From: an uncultured Actinomycetota bacterium
Lineage (GTDB): Bacteria; Actinomycetota; Actinomycetes; JAHEKZ01
Reading direction: 5' to 3'
Assembly (NCBI GenBank): GCA_963718235.1
Contig: CAVQYR010000001.1
Coordinates: 1,312,001 to 1,376,000 of the forward strand
Length of the DNA stretch: 64,000 nucleotides
The translations under genes were made by a program, and so were the position numbers. Below are positions 11,001 through 17,777 of this stretch, in pieces. The notes beneath the pieces were generated by a model. The model saw nothing but the letters and a program-made list of their open reading frames with translations, did not search any database and was not told where the DNA came from. The first letter of the stretch is position 1. Each line of letters opens with the position of its first letter.

Positions 11001-11880
11001 CGACGGTGGCCTCCGTGGGCCCGTAGGTGTTCCACACCTGGCGGTCGGAGGACGCGAATCGCGCGCCGATCTCGGGTGGGCACGCCTCGCCTCCGAGGAT
11101 GAGCAGCCGAATGTCGGCAAGCGCCTCGACCGGCCACAACATCAGCAAAGTGGGGACCGTAGAGACCACCGTCACGTCGTTCGCGACCAGCCACGGGCCG
11201 AGATCCATCCCGCTGCGCACAAGTGACCGAGGTGCCGGGACCAGGCATGCGCCGTATCTCCAGGCGAGCCACATCTCCTCGCACGAGGCGTCGAACCCGA
11301 CCGAGAGACCAGCCATCACCCGGTCACCGACCCCCAACGGCCGTTCCTGGAGGTACAGACGTGCCTCGGCGTCGACGAAGCCCGCTGCCGACCGGTGTGA
11401 GACCGCGACTCCTTTGGGTGTGCCTGTGGATCCGGAGGTGAAGATCACCCAGGCGTCATCGTCGTGCTCGGGGGCTGGGGCGGCCACCTCGGCCCTTCGT
11501 GGCCGACGGGTGGCGACCACCAGGTCGTTGCCGATGATCGCGGCGACGTCGGCCTCGTCGAAGACCATCCGTGCGCGCTCATCGGGATCGTCGGCGTCCA
11601 CGGGGACGTAGCACCCACCTGAGAGGAGGACACCCATGATGGCGACGTAGAGGTCGATGGTGCCGGAACTGATCCTGACCCCCACCCGGTCCCCGGGCCC
11701 GACGCCGAGGCCGTTGAGCTCGACGGCAACCTCATCGGCGGCGTCCAAGAACTCTCGGTAGGTGAGGACAGCCGCTCCATTGTCGATCGCCGAAGCGTCC
11801 GGGTACTCCTCCACTGTCGCGCGGAAGATGTCGACCAACGTGCGAGGGGCCGGAGCGTGGGTTGCGCGCAGCAGTGTCAA
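8017..11880 (-). CDS. pls: Pls/PosA-family single-module membrane NRPS (epsilon-poly-L-lysine synthetase-like)
   Basis: A domain (FTSGSTGTPKG, FDASCEEMWLAW, NTYGPTE, YRSGD), T domain FFDLGGGSL, then alternating hydrophobic segments and three hexapeptide-like soluble repeats ending QTHLFHDR; no C or TE domain. Confidence 0.88.
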   Translation of the reverse strand: MTLLRATHAPAPRTLVDIFRATVEEYPDASAIDNGAAVLTYREFLDAADEVAVELNGLGVGPGDRVGVRISSGTIDLYVAIMGVLLSGGCYVPVDADDPDERARMVFDEADVAAIIGNDLVVATRRPRRAEVAAPAPEHDDDAWVIFTSGSTGTPKGVAVSHRSAAGFVDAEARLYLQERPLGVGDRVMAGLSVGFDASCEEMWLAWRYGACLVPAPRSLVRSGMDLGPWLVANDVTVVSTVPTLLMLWPVEALADIRLLILGGEACPPEIGARFASSDRQVWNTYGPTEATVVSCAAMLTGEPPVRIGLPLDGWDLAVVDEAGQSVNPGETGELIIGGIGLARYLDPEKDAEKYADLPTLGWSRAYRSGDLVRYEEEGLVFVGRADDQVKLGGRRIELGEVDSALLDLPGVTGAAAAVRSTGSGNKLLVGYVAVDGHFDAGAAVERLRETMPAAMVPRLAQVDAIPTKTSGKVDRDALPWPLAGGDSAAGGPHLEGTAGWIQDLWMEILGAAVTGPNDDFFDLGGGSLTAAQLVARLRERFPEVTVADVYESPTIGGLSASLDLMAGPTTRTNRPVRPVPVRTQVGQVALTFGLRTITGLRWLTWIAAGNNLGASLFGVTWLPYLSWWWVAAGWLLLVSPPGRMLLTAAAVRALLHGVAPGEYPRGGSVHLRVWLAERVADEMGAANLAGAPWMRQYARALGARVGNHVDLHSIPPVTGLLTLGSGCAVEPEVDLRGHWLDGEVLHVGRMEVGAGAQVGARSTLLPGASIGAGAEIAPGSAVFGEVPADEAWSGAPARPVGAARGPWEEAAPHNRPIWVLGYAAMAVLISTFPIVAVVAGAGLAVPALRAATALDDAAVTALVYLPLGVVVGMLALTLLVWLSVRLLSLGLESGPHPVQSRRAWQAWSILRVLDEARTWLFPLYSSTLTPAWLRVLGARVGSNVEASTVLLIPALTSVNDGAFLADDTLLGGYELSGGWLRIERVKVGKHAFVGNSGMTAPGRKVPKRGLVAVLSAAPRRKQAKSGTSWIGSPPTKLRRPSATIDDSRTYNPATRLRLARAGVELLRVVPVILYAAIGLGVVVTLELLTANAGWLLAAALSGVVLIVAGAVAAAVTTAAKWLLVGRLRVSDHPLWSSFVWLNELADTFVEVIAAPWFARAAIGTPVLNTWLRSMGAKIGKGVWCETYWLPEADLIDLRDGATINQGCVVQTHLFHDRMLSMDRVTLRVGSTLGPNSVILPAAVLGRHATVGPVSLVMRGEFVPDKTRWIGNPIGPWVDDDSLGGSR

Positions 11881-11991
11881 GGAGTCCTCGCAAGTGGGAT
11901 CCGTCTTGGCGTCCTTCGATTATCGCGGCTGTGTCTGATGCTCTCGCGGATGGGTGCTTGGAGGCCGGTGGTTTGGATGGCTGGCCCCGCG

Positions 11992-12444
11992 TTAGTGGGT
12001 TACCGCGAATCCGAGGAGTGCTCCGAGGTCCTCGCACTCCTTCAGGTCGTCACGGGTCGGCTCACCGGTGACGGACACGTCAGGCGCCACCTGCTTCCAG
12101 CCCAGGCCGCCGACGATGGTGTGGATCGAGCGGAGAGCTCCTGCGGTGTCGTCGTTGCCGTGCACATAGATGCCATACGGCTTTCCGGTGGTGACTTCCA
12201 GGCACGGGTAGTAGATCTGGTCCAGAAAGTGCTTCAGCGCCCCCGACATGTAGCCGATGTTGGCCGGCGTCCCGAGGATGACACCGTCCGCTGCCAAGAC
12301 ATCGGCAGGACCGGCTGACAACGCTGCTTTGACATCGACGGTGACGTCCTTGACCTCTGGGTGCCGAGCGCCGCGCAGCACCGCTTCGAGCATGTCCTGA
12401 ACTGCTGGAGACGGTGTGTGCTGAACCACCAGGAGCGTCGGCAC
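11992..12444 (-). CDS. Flavodoxin-like / NAD(P)H-dependent FMN reductase-family protein
   Basis: LLVVQHTPSP...ILGTPANIGYMSGALKHFLDQIYY. Confidence 0.82.
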   Translation of the reverse strand: MPTLLVVQHTPSPAVQDMLEAVLRGARHPEVKDVTVDVKAALSAGPADVLAADGVILGTPANIGYMSGALKHFLDQIYYPCLEVTTGKPYGIYVHGNDDTAGALRSIHTIVGGLGWKQVAPDVSVTGEPTRDDLKECEDLGALLGFAVTH

Positions 12445-13695
12445 GAGCCCATGGTGCCTGACAACGTCGGTCGGGGCCAGCGACACCACGACGGGAGGTG
12501 GAGGTTGGCTGAGCCCTTTTCACCAGCAGATGTGTGAGGAAGACTCGAGCATCGTCGGACAGGGCAGCGTTGGAGGCACCATGAACGGGATAACGGTCGC
12601 TGCGATCCAGGCCGCCTATCACCTGATGGACCGGGATCGGACGATTTCCCGGGTTGACGAGTTGTGCTCCGAGGCGGTCGGGCGAGGCGCCCAGCTCGTG
12701 GTGTTCCCCGAGGCATTCGTGCCGGGCAACCCGCTGTGGATTGACGCCTACCCCATCTGGGACGACGACGACGCGTGGTTTGCCCTCCTGGCCGCCAACA
12801 CCGTCGAGATCCCGGGTCCCCACTCGAGTCGTCTCGGTGCGATCGCGCGGAGCCACGGCATCTGGTTGGTCGTCGGCGTCCACGAGCGCGAGCAGCACGG
12901 CGGAACCATCTACAACACCGTGGCCACCTACTCGCCCGAAGGCGAGCTCGCCAACCTGCACCGCAAGCTCGTCCCCACCGGCTCCGAACGGACGGTCTGG
13001 GGGATGGGTGATGGGTCGACGCTGGGTGTTGTCGACATGGGCCCGGTCCGAGTGGGTGGGCTCATCTGCTGGGAGAACTACATGCCGCTCGCGAGGTTCC
13101 ATCAGTACGCGCAGGGAGTTGAGCTCTGGCTGGCGCCGACCTTCGCGACCGGGGACGGCTGGATCGCGACGCTGCGGCACATCGCCCAGGAGAACTCCAT
13201 GTATGTGGTTGGGGTCAACTCGGTCCTTCACGCCGACCAGGTCCCTGCGGAATTCCCCAACCGCGAGCGCCTTACGAGCAGCCCCGTCTTCGCCTCTGAG
13301 GGCGGCTGGCTGGAGGCGGGGAATTCGGTCGTCATTGACCCGTATGGCAAGGTCCTTGCCGGACCAGTACGGCAGAGTGAGGAGATCCTCCTGGTGGACG
13401 TCGACCTGGATCTCGTCCGCAGCGCTCGGCGGATGATTGACCCAGTTGGGCACTACAACCGCCCAGATATCTTCCGCCTACTCGTGGACACCGAGCCGCG
13501 CCAGCCCGTCGTAGAGGCCCGGCTGACGATGTCTGCCGAGTAGCCCGTTCGCGGCAAGGACGCGATGGGCGGACGGGGCAAGAACCTCTGCCACGGGAAG
13601 TGGGTGCATGATCGTTCCCTCCTCCACCGGCAGTCACCTCAGAAGTGCTTCAGCGGCCCCGACATGTAGCCGATGTTGGCCGGCGTCCCGAGGAT
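12227..13695. repeat. 53-bp direct repeat (12227-12279 and 13643-13695, one mismatch) flanking the nitrilase
   Basis: aagtgcttcagcg(c/g)ccccgacatgtagccgatgttggccggcgtcccgaggat occurs twice, 1416 bp apart, once in each flavodoxin copy. Confidence 0.9.
12581..13543 (+). CDS. Nitrilase (carbon-nitrogen hydrolase family)
   Basis: Catalytic triad in FPEAF, HRKLVPT and ICWENYMPL; C-terminal DPVGHYNRPD; GGAGG RBS. Confidence 0.92.
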   Translation: MNGITVAAIQAAYHLMDRDRTISRVDELCSEAVGRGAQLVVFPEAFVPGNPLWIDAYPIWDDDDAWFALLAANTVEIPGPHSSRLGAIARSHGIWLVVGVHEREQHGGTIYNTVATYSPEGELANLHRKLVPTGSERTVWGMGDGSTLGVVDMGPVRVGGLICWENYMPLARFHQYAQGVELWLAPTFATGDGWIATLRHIAQENSMYVVGVNSVLHADQVPAEFPNRERLTSSPVFASEGGWLEAGNSVVIDPYGKVLAGPVRQSEEILLVDVDLDLVRSARRMIDPVGHYNRPDIFRLLVDTEPRQPVVEARLTMSAE

Positions 13696-13860
13696 CAGCG
13701 CGTCAGCCGCGAGCACGTCGGCCGCCCCGCAGGCCAGGGCGGCGCGCACGTCGACGTCGAGTGGACCCAGCTCGGGGTGTCGAGTCCCGCGGAGGACCGC
13801 CTCCAGCAACTCCTGCGTCGCTGGCGACGGGGTGTGCTGAACCACTAGCAAGGTCGGCAT
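13639..13860 (-). pseudogene. Truncated 5' half of a second flavodoxin-like gene
   Basis: MPTLLVVQHTPSPATQELLEAV...GTPANIGYMSGPLKHF* parallels 11992-12444 but stops right after the shared motif. Confidence 0.85.
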
Positions 13861-13938
13861 CGACCCATGATGCCCCAGGTCGGTGGTCCGGGAGGGGCCG
13901 CACGAGAGCAGCCGCGTGGCGGTGAACGATGACCTAGG

Positions 13939-14586
13939 GTGGCGTCCCTGACGAACGGGGATGTCATGGTGGAACCTCACCTGGACGCGGTCTACCGGGC
14001 TGGCAGCTCGACCGAGGTCGCCCAGACCTATGACGCCTGGGCCGACACCTACGAGGACGACATGGCGCGCCTGGGGTACCGCCACCCGGCGGTCTGCCTC
14101 GCCCTGCTGTCGCGGCACCTGCCCAGAGGGTCGGGGCCCGTCCTCGACGCAGGCTGCGGGACCGGTCTGGTCGGTGAGTGGCTCGGCATTGTCGGCTACC
14201 CGCAGGTGGAGGGCCTTGACGTGTCTGAGGGCATGCTCGGCGTGGCCATGTCCAAGGGTGTCTACCAACGACTCCACCTCGCGACGCTCGGCAGCGCCTT
14301 GCCCTTCGGCGACGGGCAGTTCAGCGCAGTGGTGTGCGCGGGTGTGTTCACCACCGGACACGTCGGGGCCGACGGCGTCGACGAGCTGGTACGCGTCGTC
14401 CGTACTGGGGGAGTGATCGTCGTGACCGTGAAGGAACGGAGCTGGGCCTCCGGTTTCCAAGCGCACGTCGAGGCACTGGGCACGAGTGGCTCGGTCCGCA
14501 TCGTCGAGCAGACCCAGCCCTACGTGTCGATGCCGGGACACCCGCAGACCGAACCGAGCCGAGCGGTCGTTCTGGGGATCCGATGA
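13939..14586 (+). CDS. Class I SAM-dependent methyltransferase
   Basis: VLDAGCGTG motif I, GLDVSEGML, YDAWADTYE. Confidence 0.88.
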   Translation: MASLTNGDVMVEPHLDAVYRAGSSTEVAQTYDAWADTYEDDMARLGYRHPAVCLALLSRHLPRGSGPVLDAGCGTGLVGEWLGIVGYPQVEGLDVSEGMLGVAMSKGVYQRLHLATLGSALPFGDGQFSAVVCAGVFTTGHVGADGVDELVRVVRTGGVIVVTVKERSWASGFQAHVEALGTSGSVRIVEQTQPYVSMPGHPQTEPSRAVVLGIR

Positions 14587-16112
14587 AACCCGACCCGTGG
14601 CGAAGGCAGCATCTTGGGTCGTTGGACGGAGCTGTGGAACACGACCTCGTGCTGCGCGGGGCCCGAACCATCGACCCCGCGAGTGGTCTGGACGCCGTCC
14701 GCGACGTTGCAGTCACCTCCGGACAGATCTCCGCCGTCTCGCCCGCAGGTGCGAAGGACATCTCGAGTCGGGTCGACCTGGACGTCACCGGTTCGGTGCT
14801 GGCACCCGGGTTCATCGACCTGCACAGCCACTGCGACGACCTGCCCTCGCGGTGGCTCCAGGCCTGCGACGGGGTGACGACAGCGCTGGACCTCGAGGCC
14901 GGCGCGCTGCCCGTCGGTCGTGCGTACTCACAGGCGGCACTCGACGGACGCCCGATCAACTACGGGTACTCGGCTTCGTGGGCGCTCGCGCGGATGGCCG
15001 CCTGCGGGCTCGACGCCTCAGGCGGGCTGGGTGAGTTCCTGAGGCTCGTCGATGCCCCAGCCTGGCACCGACCGGTCACCGGACCGGAGCGGCAGGCGCT
15101 GCTCGAGCGCATCGGTGGCGAGCTGGCCGACGGTGCGCTGGGGATCGGCGTCCTGCTCGGCTACTGCGAGGAGTCCGACGCCGGCGAGTACCTGGATGTC
15201 GCACATCTGGCCGCGGCGGCGGGGGTGCCGACCTTCACTCACGTGCGTGAGCTCGGGCGGGTCGACTCGGGGCTGATGGGCGCCGCAGAGGTCGTGACAG
15301 CCGCGCTGGCGAGCGGAGCCCAGATGCACGTGTGCCACGTCAACAGCACCTCGTTGCGCCACGTCGACCAGGTAACCGACCTGATCGGCCGGGCCAGGCA
15401 GCAGGGGCTCAGGGTGACCACCGAGGCCTACCCCTACGGTTCCGGGGCGACCGGGATCGGCGCGGCCTTCCTCGACCCCTCGACGCTGGCGGACCACGGT
15501 GTGCAACCGCATGACATCCGCTACCTGCGCACCGGGGAGCGCCCGGCGACGCACCGGCGGCTGGCCGAGCTCCGTGCCGACGACCCCGGTGGACTGGCGG
15601 TCATCGACTTCCTCGACGAGACGAACCCTGAGGACGTCGGCTTCCTCACCCGGGCCCTTCTGTTCGAGGACACAGCGGTCGCCTCCGACGCCATGCCGCT
15701 GGTGCCGGGGTCGGGCACCCCGGCGGCGGGTGGTGGCTGGCCGATTCCATCGGGTGTGATGACCCATCCCAGGACGGCGGGGACGTTCTCCCGGGTCCTG
15801 CGCTGGTACGTGCGTGAACTGGACCTCCTCTCGCTGCCCGACGCCATCCGGCGATGCACCCTGGTTCCGGCCCAGATCCTCGAGCAAGTGGCTCCCGCGA
15901 TGACTCGCAAGGGCAGGGTGCAGGTCGGAGCCGACGCCGACCTTGTCGTCTTCGACCCCGAACGCGTCAGTGACCAGTCAACCTATGGTGACCCCGTGCG
16001 TCCCTCGACCGGCATCAGGCACGTCCTCGTCGCTGGGGAGTTCGTGGTCCGCGAGGGGATGCTGGACACCTCGTCTCGTCCTGGCGGCCCGGTGCGCGGA
16101 GTCGGCCTCTGA
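14583..16112 (+). CDS. Amidohydrolase (N-acyl-D-amino-acid deacylase-like)
   Basis: APGFIDLHSH, TTEAYPY, ASDAM, HPRTAGTF, GADADLVVFDP; ATGA-coupled to the methyltransferase. Confidence 0.85.
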   Translation: MKPDPWRRQHLGSLDGAVEHDLVLRGARTIDPASGLDAVRDVAVTSGQISAVSPAGAKDISSRVDLDVTGSVLAPGFIDLHSHCDDLPSRWLQACDGVTTALDLEAGALPVGRAYSQAALDGRPINYGYSASWALARMAACGLDASGGLGEFLRLVDAPAWHRPVTGPERQALLERIGGELADGALGIGVLLGYCEESDAGEYLDVAHLAAAAGVPTFTHVRELGRVDSGLMGAAEVVTAALASGAQMHVCHVNSTSLRHVDQVTDLIGRARQQGLRVTTEAYPYGSGATGIGAAFLDPSTLADHGVQPHDIRYLRTGERPATHRRLAELRADDPGGLAVIDFLDETNPEDVGFLTRALLFEDTAVASDAMPLVPGSGTPAAGGGWPIPSGVMTHPRTAGTFSRVLRWYVRELDLLSLPDAIRRCTLVPAQILEQVAPAMTRKGRVQVGADADLVVFDPERVSDQSTYGDPVRPSTGIRHVLVAGEFVVREGMLDTSSRPGGPVRGVGL

Positions 16113-16153
16113 CCGGTCGTTCACGGGCGGGAATGGGCGAAGGACGTGCCTGG

Positions 16154-16537
16154 TCAGTCGACGACCACCCGGTGCTCGCCGTCGTCGAGCCAACGCAGCA
16201 CGGCCTCGCGGGACAGCGTGCGTGCGCCGCAGTCGCACCAGGCCGGCAGCGCATCATCGACCGACGGTCCGTCACCTGCCGCCAGCAGGTCGAACCACCG
16301 GTGCGGGTGCTGGTCGCCGCGCGGCTCATCGGGAAGGTCAGACGCGCCGTGCGACCTGGCTCGAACCGGGGCGGCGTAGACCAAGCCGGCGTCAGTCGCA
16401 TACACCGACGCGACGTGGTGGCTGTGCGCACACTGGACACGGAGCCTGATCGCATCGTGTCCGCCGTGCGGCAACTTCGACCAGGCACGCTCGGCCACCA
16501 GGCTGCGGTCATGATGAGTGAGGTTGGACGTCGTCAT
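16154..16537 (-). CDS. Hypothetical protein with Cys/His clusters
   Basis: GGAGG RBS before ATG; QCAHSHH and WCDCG motifs; fills an intergenic gap. Confidence 0.65.
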   Translation of the reverse strand: MTTSNLTHHDRSLVAERAWSKLPHGGHDAIRLRVQCAHSHHVASVYATDAGLVYAAPVRARSHGASDLPDEPRGDQHPHRWFDLLAAGDGPSVDDALPAWCDCGARTLSREAVLRWLDDGEHRVVVD

Positions 16538-16569
16538 GCCTCCATGGTCGATCGACGTGCAGGTCTGCG

Positions 16570-16923
16570 CTAGGGCTGCAAGTCCCCTTCGAGGATCACG
16601 TACACCTTGCGGACCGGACCTGACTGGGTCCAGGTGCACGGGGTCCCCTTGCGGATGGCGAACCCGTCGCCCGGAGTGAAGACGGACTCATGGCCGTCCG
16701 CGTCGGTGAGCGTGACCTGGCCGGACAGCAGGAAGCACACCTCGTCGACCGGGTAGGCGTCGATCTGTTGGCTGAACGCACCCGCCTCCCACAGGCCCGA
16801 CGTCAGCCTCTCGTCGTGGCCCCGGAAGAGCTCGAGGAACGACGTGCCCGGCTCGTCGGGGTCGGCCGGCAGCTGCTCCGGAGTGACGGTGAGGCGGGCG
16901 ATCCCGGATTCTGGGTGCGTCAC
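16570..16923 (-). CDS. Cupin domain protein (DUF861/EutQ-like)
   Basis: SGLWEA...DEVCFLLSGQVTLTD...FTPGDGFAIRKG...W...VRKVY. Confidence 0.8.
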   Translation of the reverse strand: MTHPESGIARLTVTPEQLPADPDEPGTSFLELFRGHDERLTSGLWEAGAFSQQIDAYPVDEVCFLLSGQVTLTDADGHESVFTPGDGFAIRKGTPCTWTQSGPVRKVYVILEGDLQP

Positions 16924-17046
16924 GGTGGTGACCTCTCGCTGGTCGTAGCGGGGCTCGGGCTGGGTCGCCGAGACTACGCCGAGGTCTGGCAAGGGCCACC
17001 AGCCGGACCCAGAGCTGGACTCGCAGGTGCGTGAGACCGTGGACTC

Positions 17047-17703
17047 GTGCGCTCTCCAGCCGTTCGTCCTCTGGCGCTGGTGCTTGTCGTGCTGGTCTGG
17101 ATCGGTTCATGCACGGCTGCGCCCCGGGCACACCACCGGGCCGCGCGGCCCGCTCCCACTGCGACATCAACCACGAAGCACCCAACGCCGTCAACGGACG
17201 ACGGTCACCCCACGACAGGCCACCTCAGGCCGAGGGGAGCCACGAGCCGGGGGTGGAGCGTTGGTCGGGTCGTCGACGGCGACACGGTGGTGGTCACCCG
17301 AGGCGTCCGCGAGCTGACCGTTCGGCTGATCGGGATCGACACCCCTGAGACGGTCGCGCCGGGGGAGCCGGTGATGTGCTTCGGGCCACAGGCGACCCAC
17401 TTCGCACAGGGTCGGCTGGAGGGCAGGGACGCGCTCCTGGAGTTCGACCGGAGCCAAGGTCGACTCGACCGGTACGGCCGGACCCTGGTCTATCTCTGGA
17501 CCACCCGGCCCGACGGCTTGGTGATGTTCAACGTGCGTGCAGTCCGGGCCGGCTTCGCCCGGGAGTACACCTACGACTCTCCCTACGTCTGGCAGCGCGT
17601 CATGCGTCGCGCCGAAGGAGTCGCCAGTGCGGCCGATCGTGGGCTCTGGGACAAGAGCACCTGCAACGGCGACATCGAGCAGCCGGACCACCTGACGCAC
17701 TGA
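17047..17703 (+). CDS. Thermonuclease (SNase-family), probable lipoprotein
   Basis: VVDGDT, RLIGIDTPE, DRYGRTL and RGLW motifs; hydrophobic N-terminus ending IGSC. Confidence 0.88.
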   Translation: MRSPAVRPLALVLVVLVWIGSCTAAPRAHHRAARPAPTATSTTKHPTPSTDDGHPTTGHLRPRGATSRGWSVGRVVDGDTVVVTRGVRELTVRLIGIDTPETVAPGEPVMCFGPQATHFAQGRLEGRDALLEFDRSQGRLDRYGRTLVYLWTTRPDGLVMFNVRAVRAGFAREYTYDSPYVWQRVMRRAEGVASAADRGLWDKSTCNGDIEQPDHLTH

Positions 17704-17777
17704 CCGACCTTCGGCTGGCACGCGTTCGCGGGGCGCATGGGGTTCCGCACGCCGTCGGTCAGGGCTACGGTCCGAGA

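Noticed and set aside
8908-11226. 772-aa plus-strand ORF and similar long ORFs (33180-35246, 47892-49931, 60264-62957)
   Set aside because: Antisense shadows of well-supported genes, typical of high-GC codon bias, with no motifs of their own.
1880-13700. attL/attR pair from a tRNA-targeting integrative element
   Set aside because: No second copy of the tRNA 3' end (CCCACCCGCCCCA) and no integrase was seen by eye.
17047-17703. Thermonuclease as an anti-phage or toxin component
   Set aside because: Lipoprotein-like solitary SNase with no immunity or defence neighbours.
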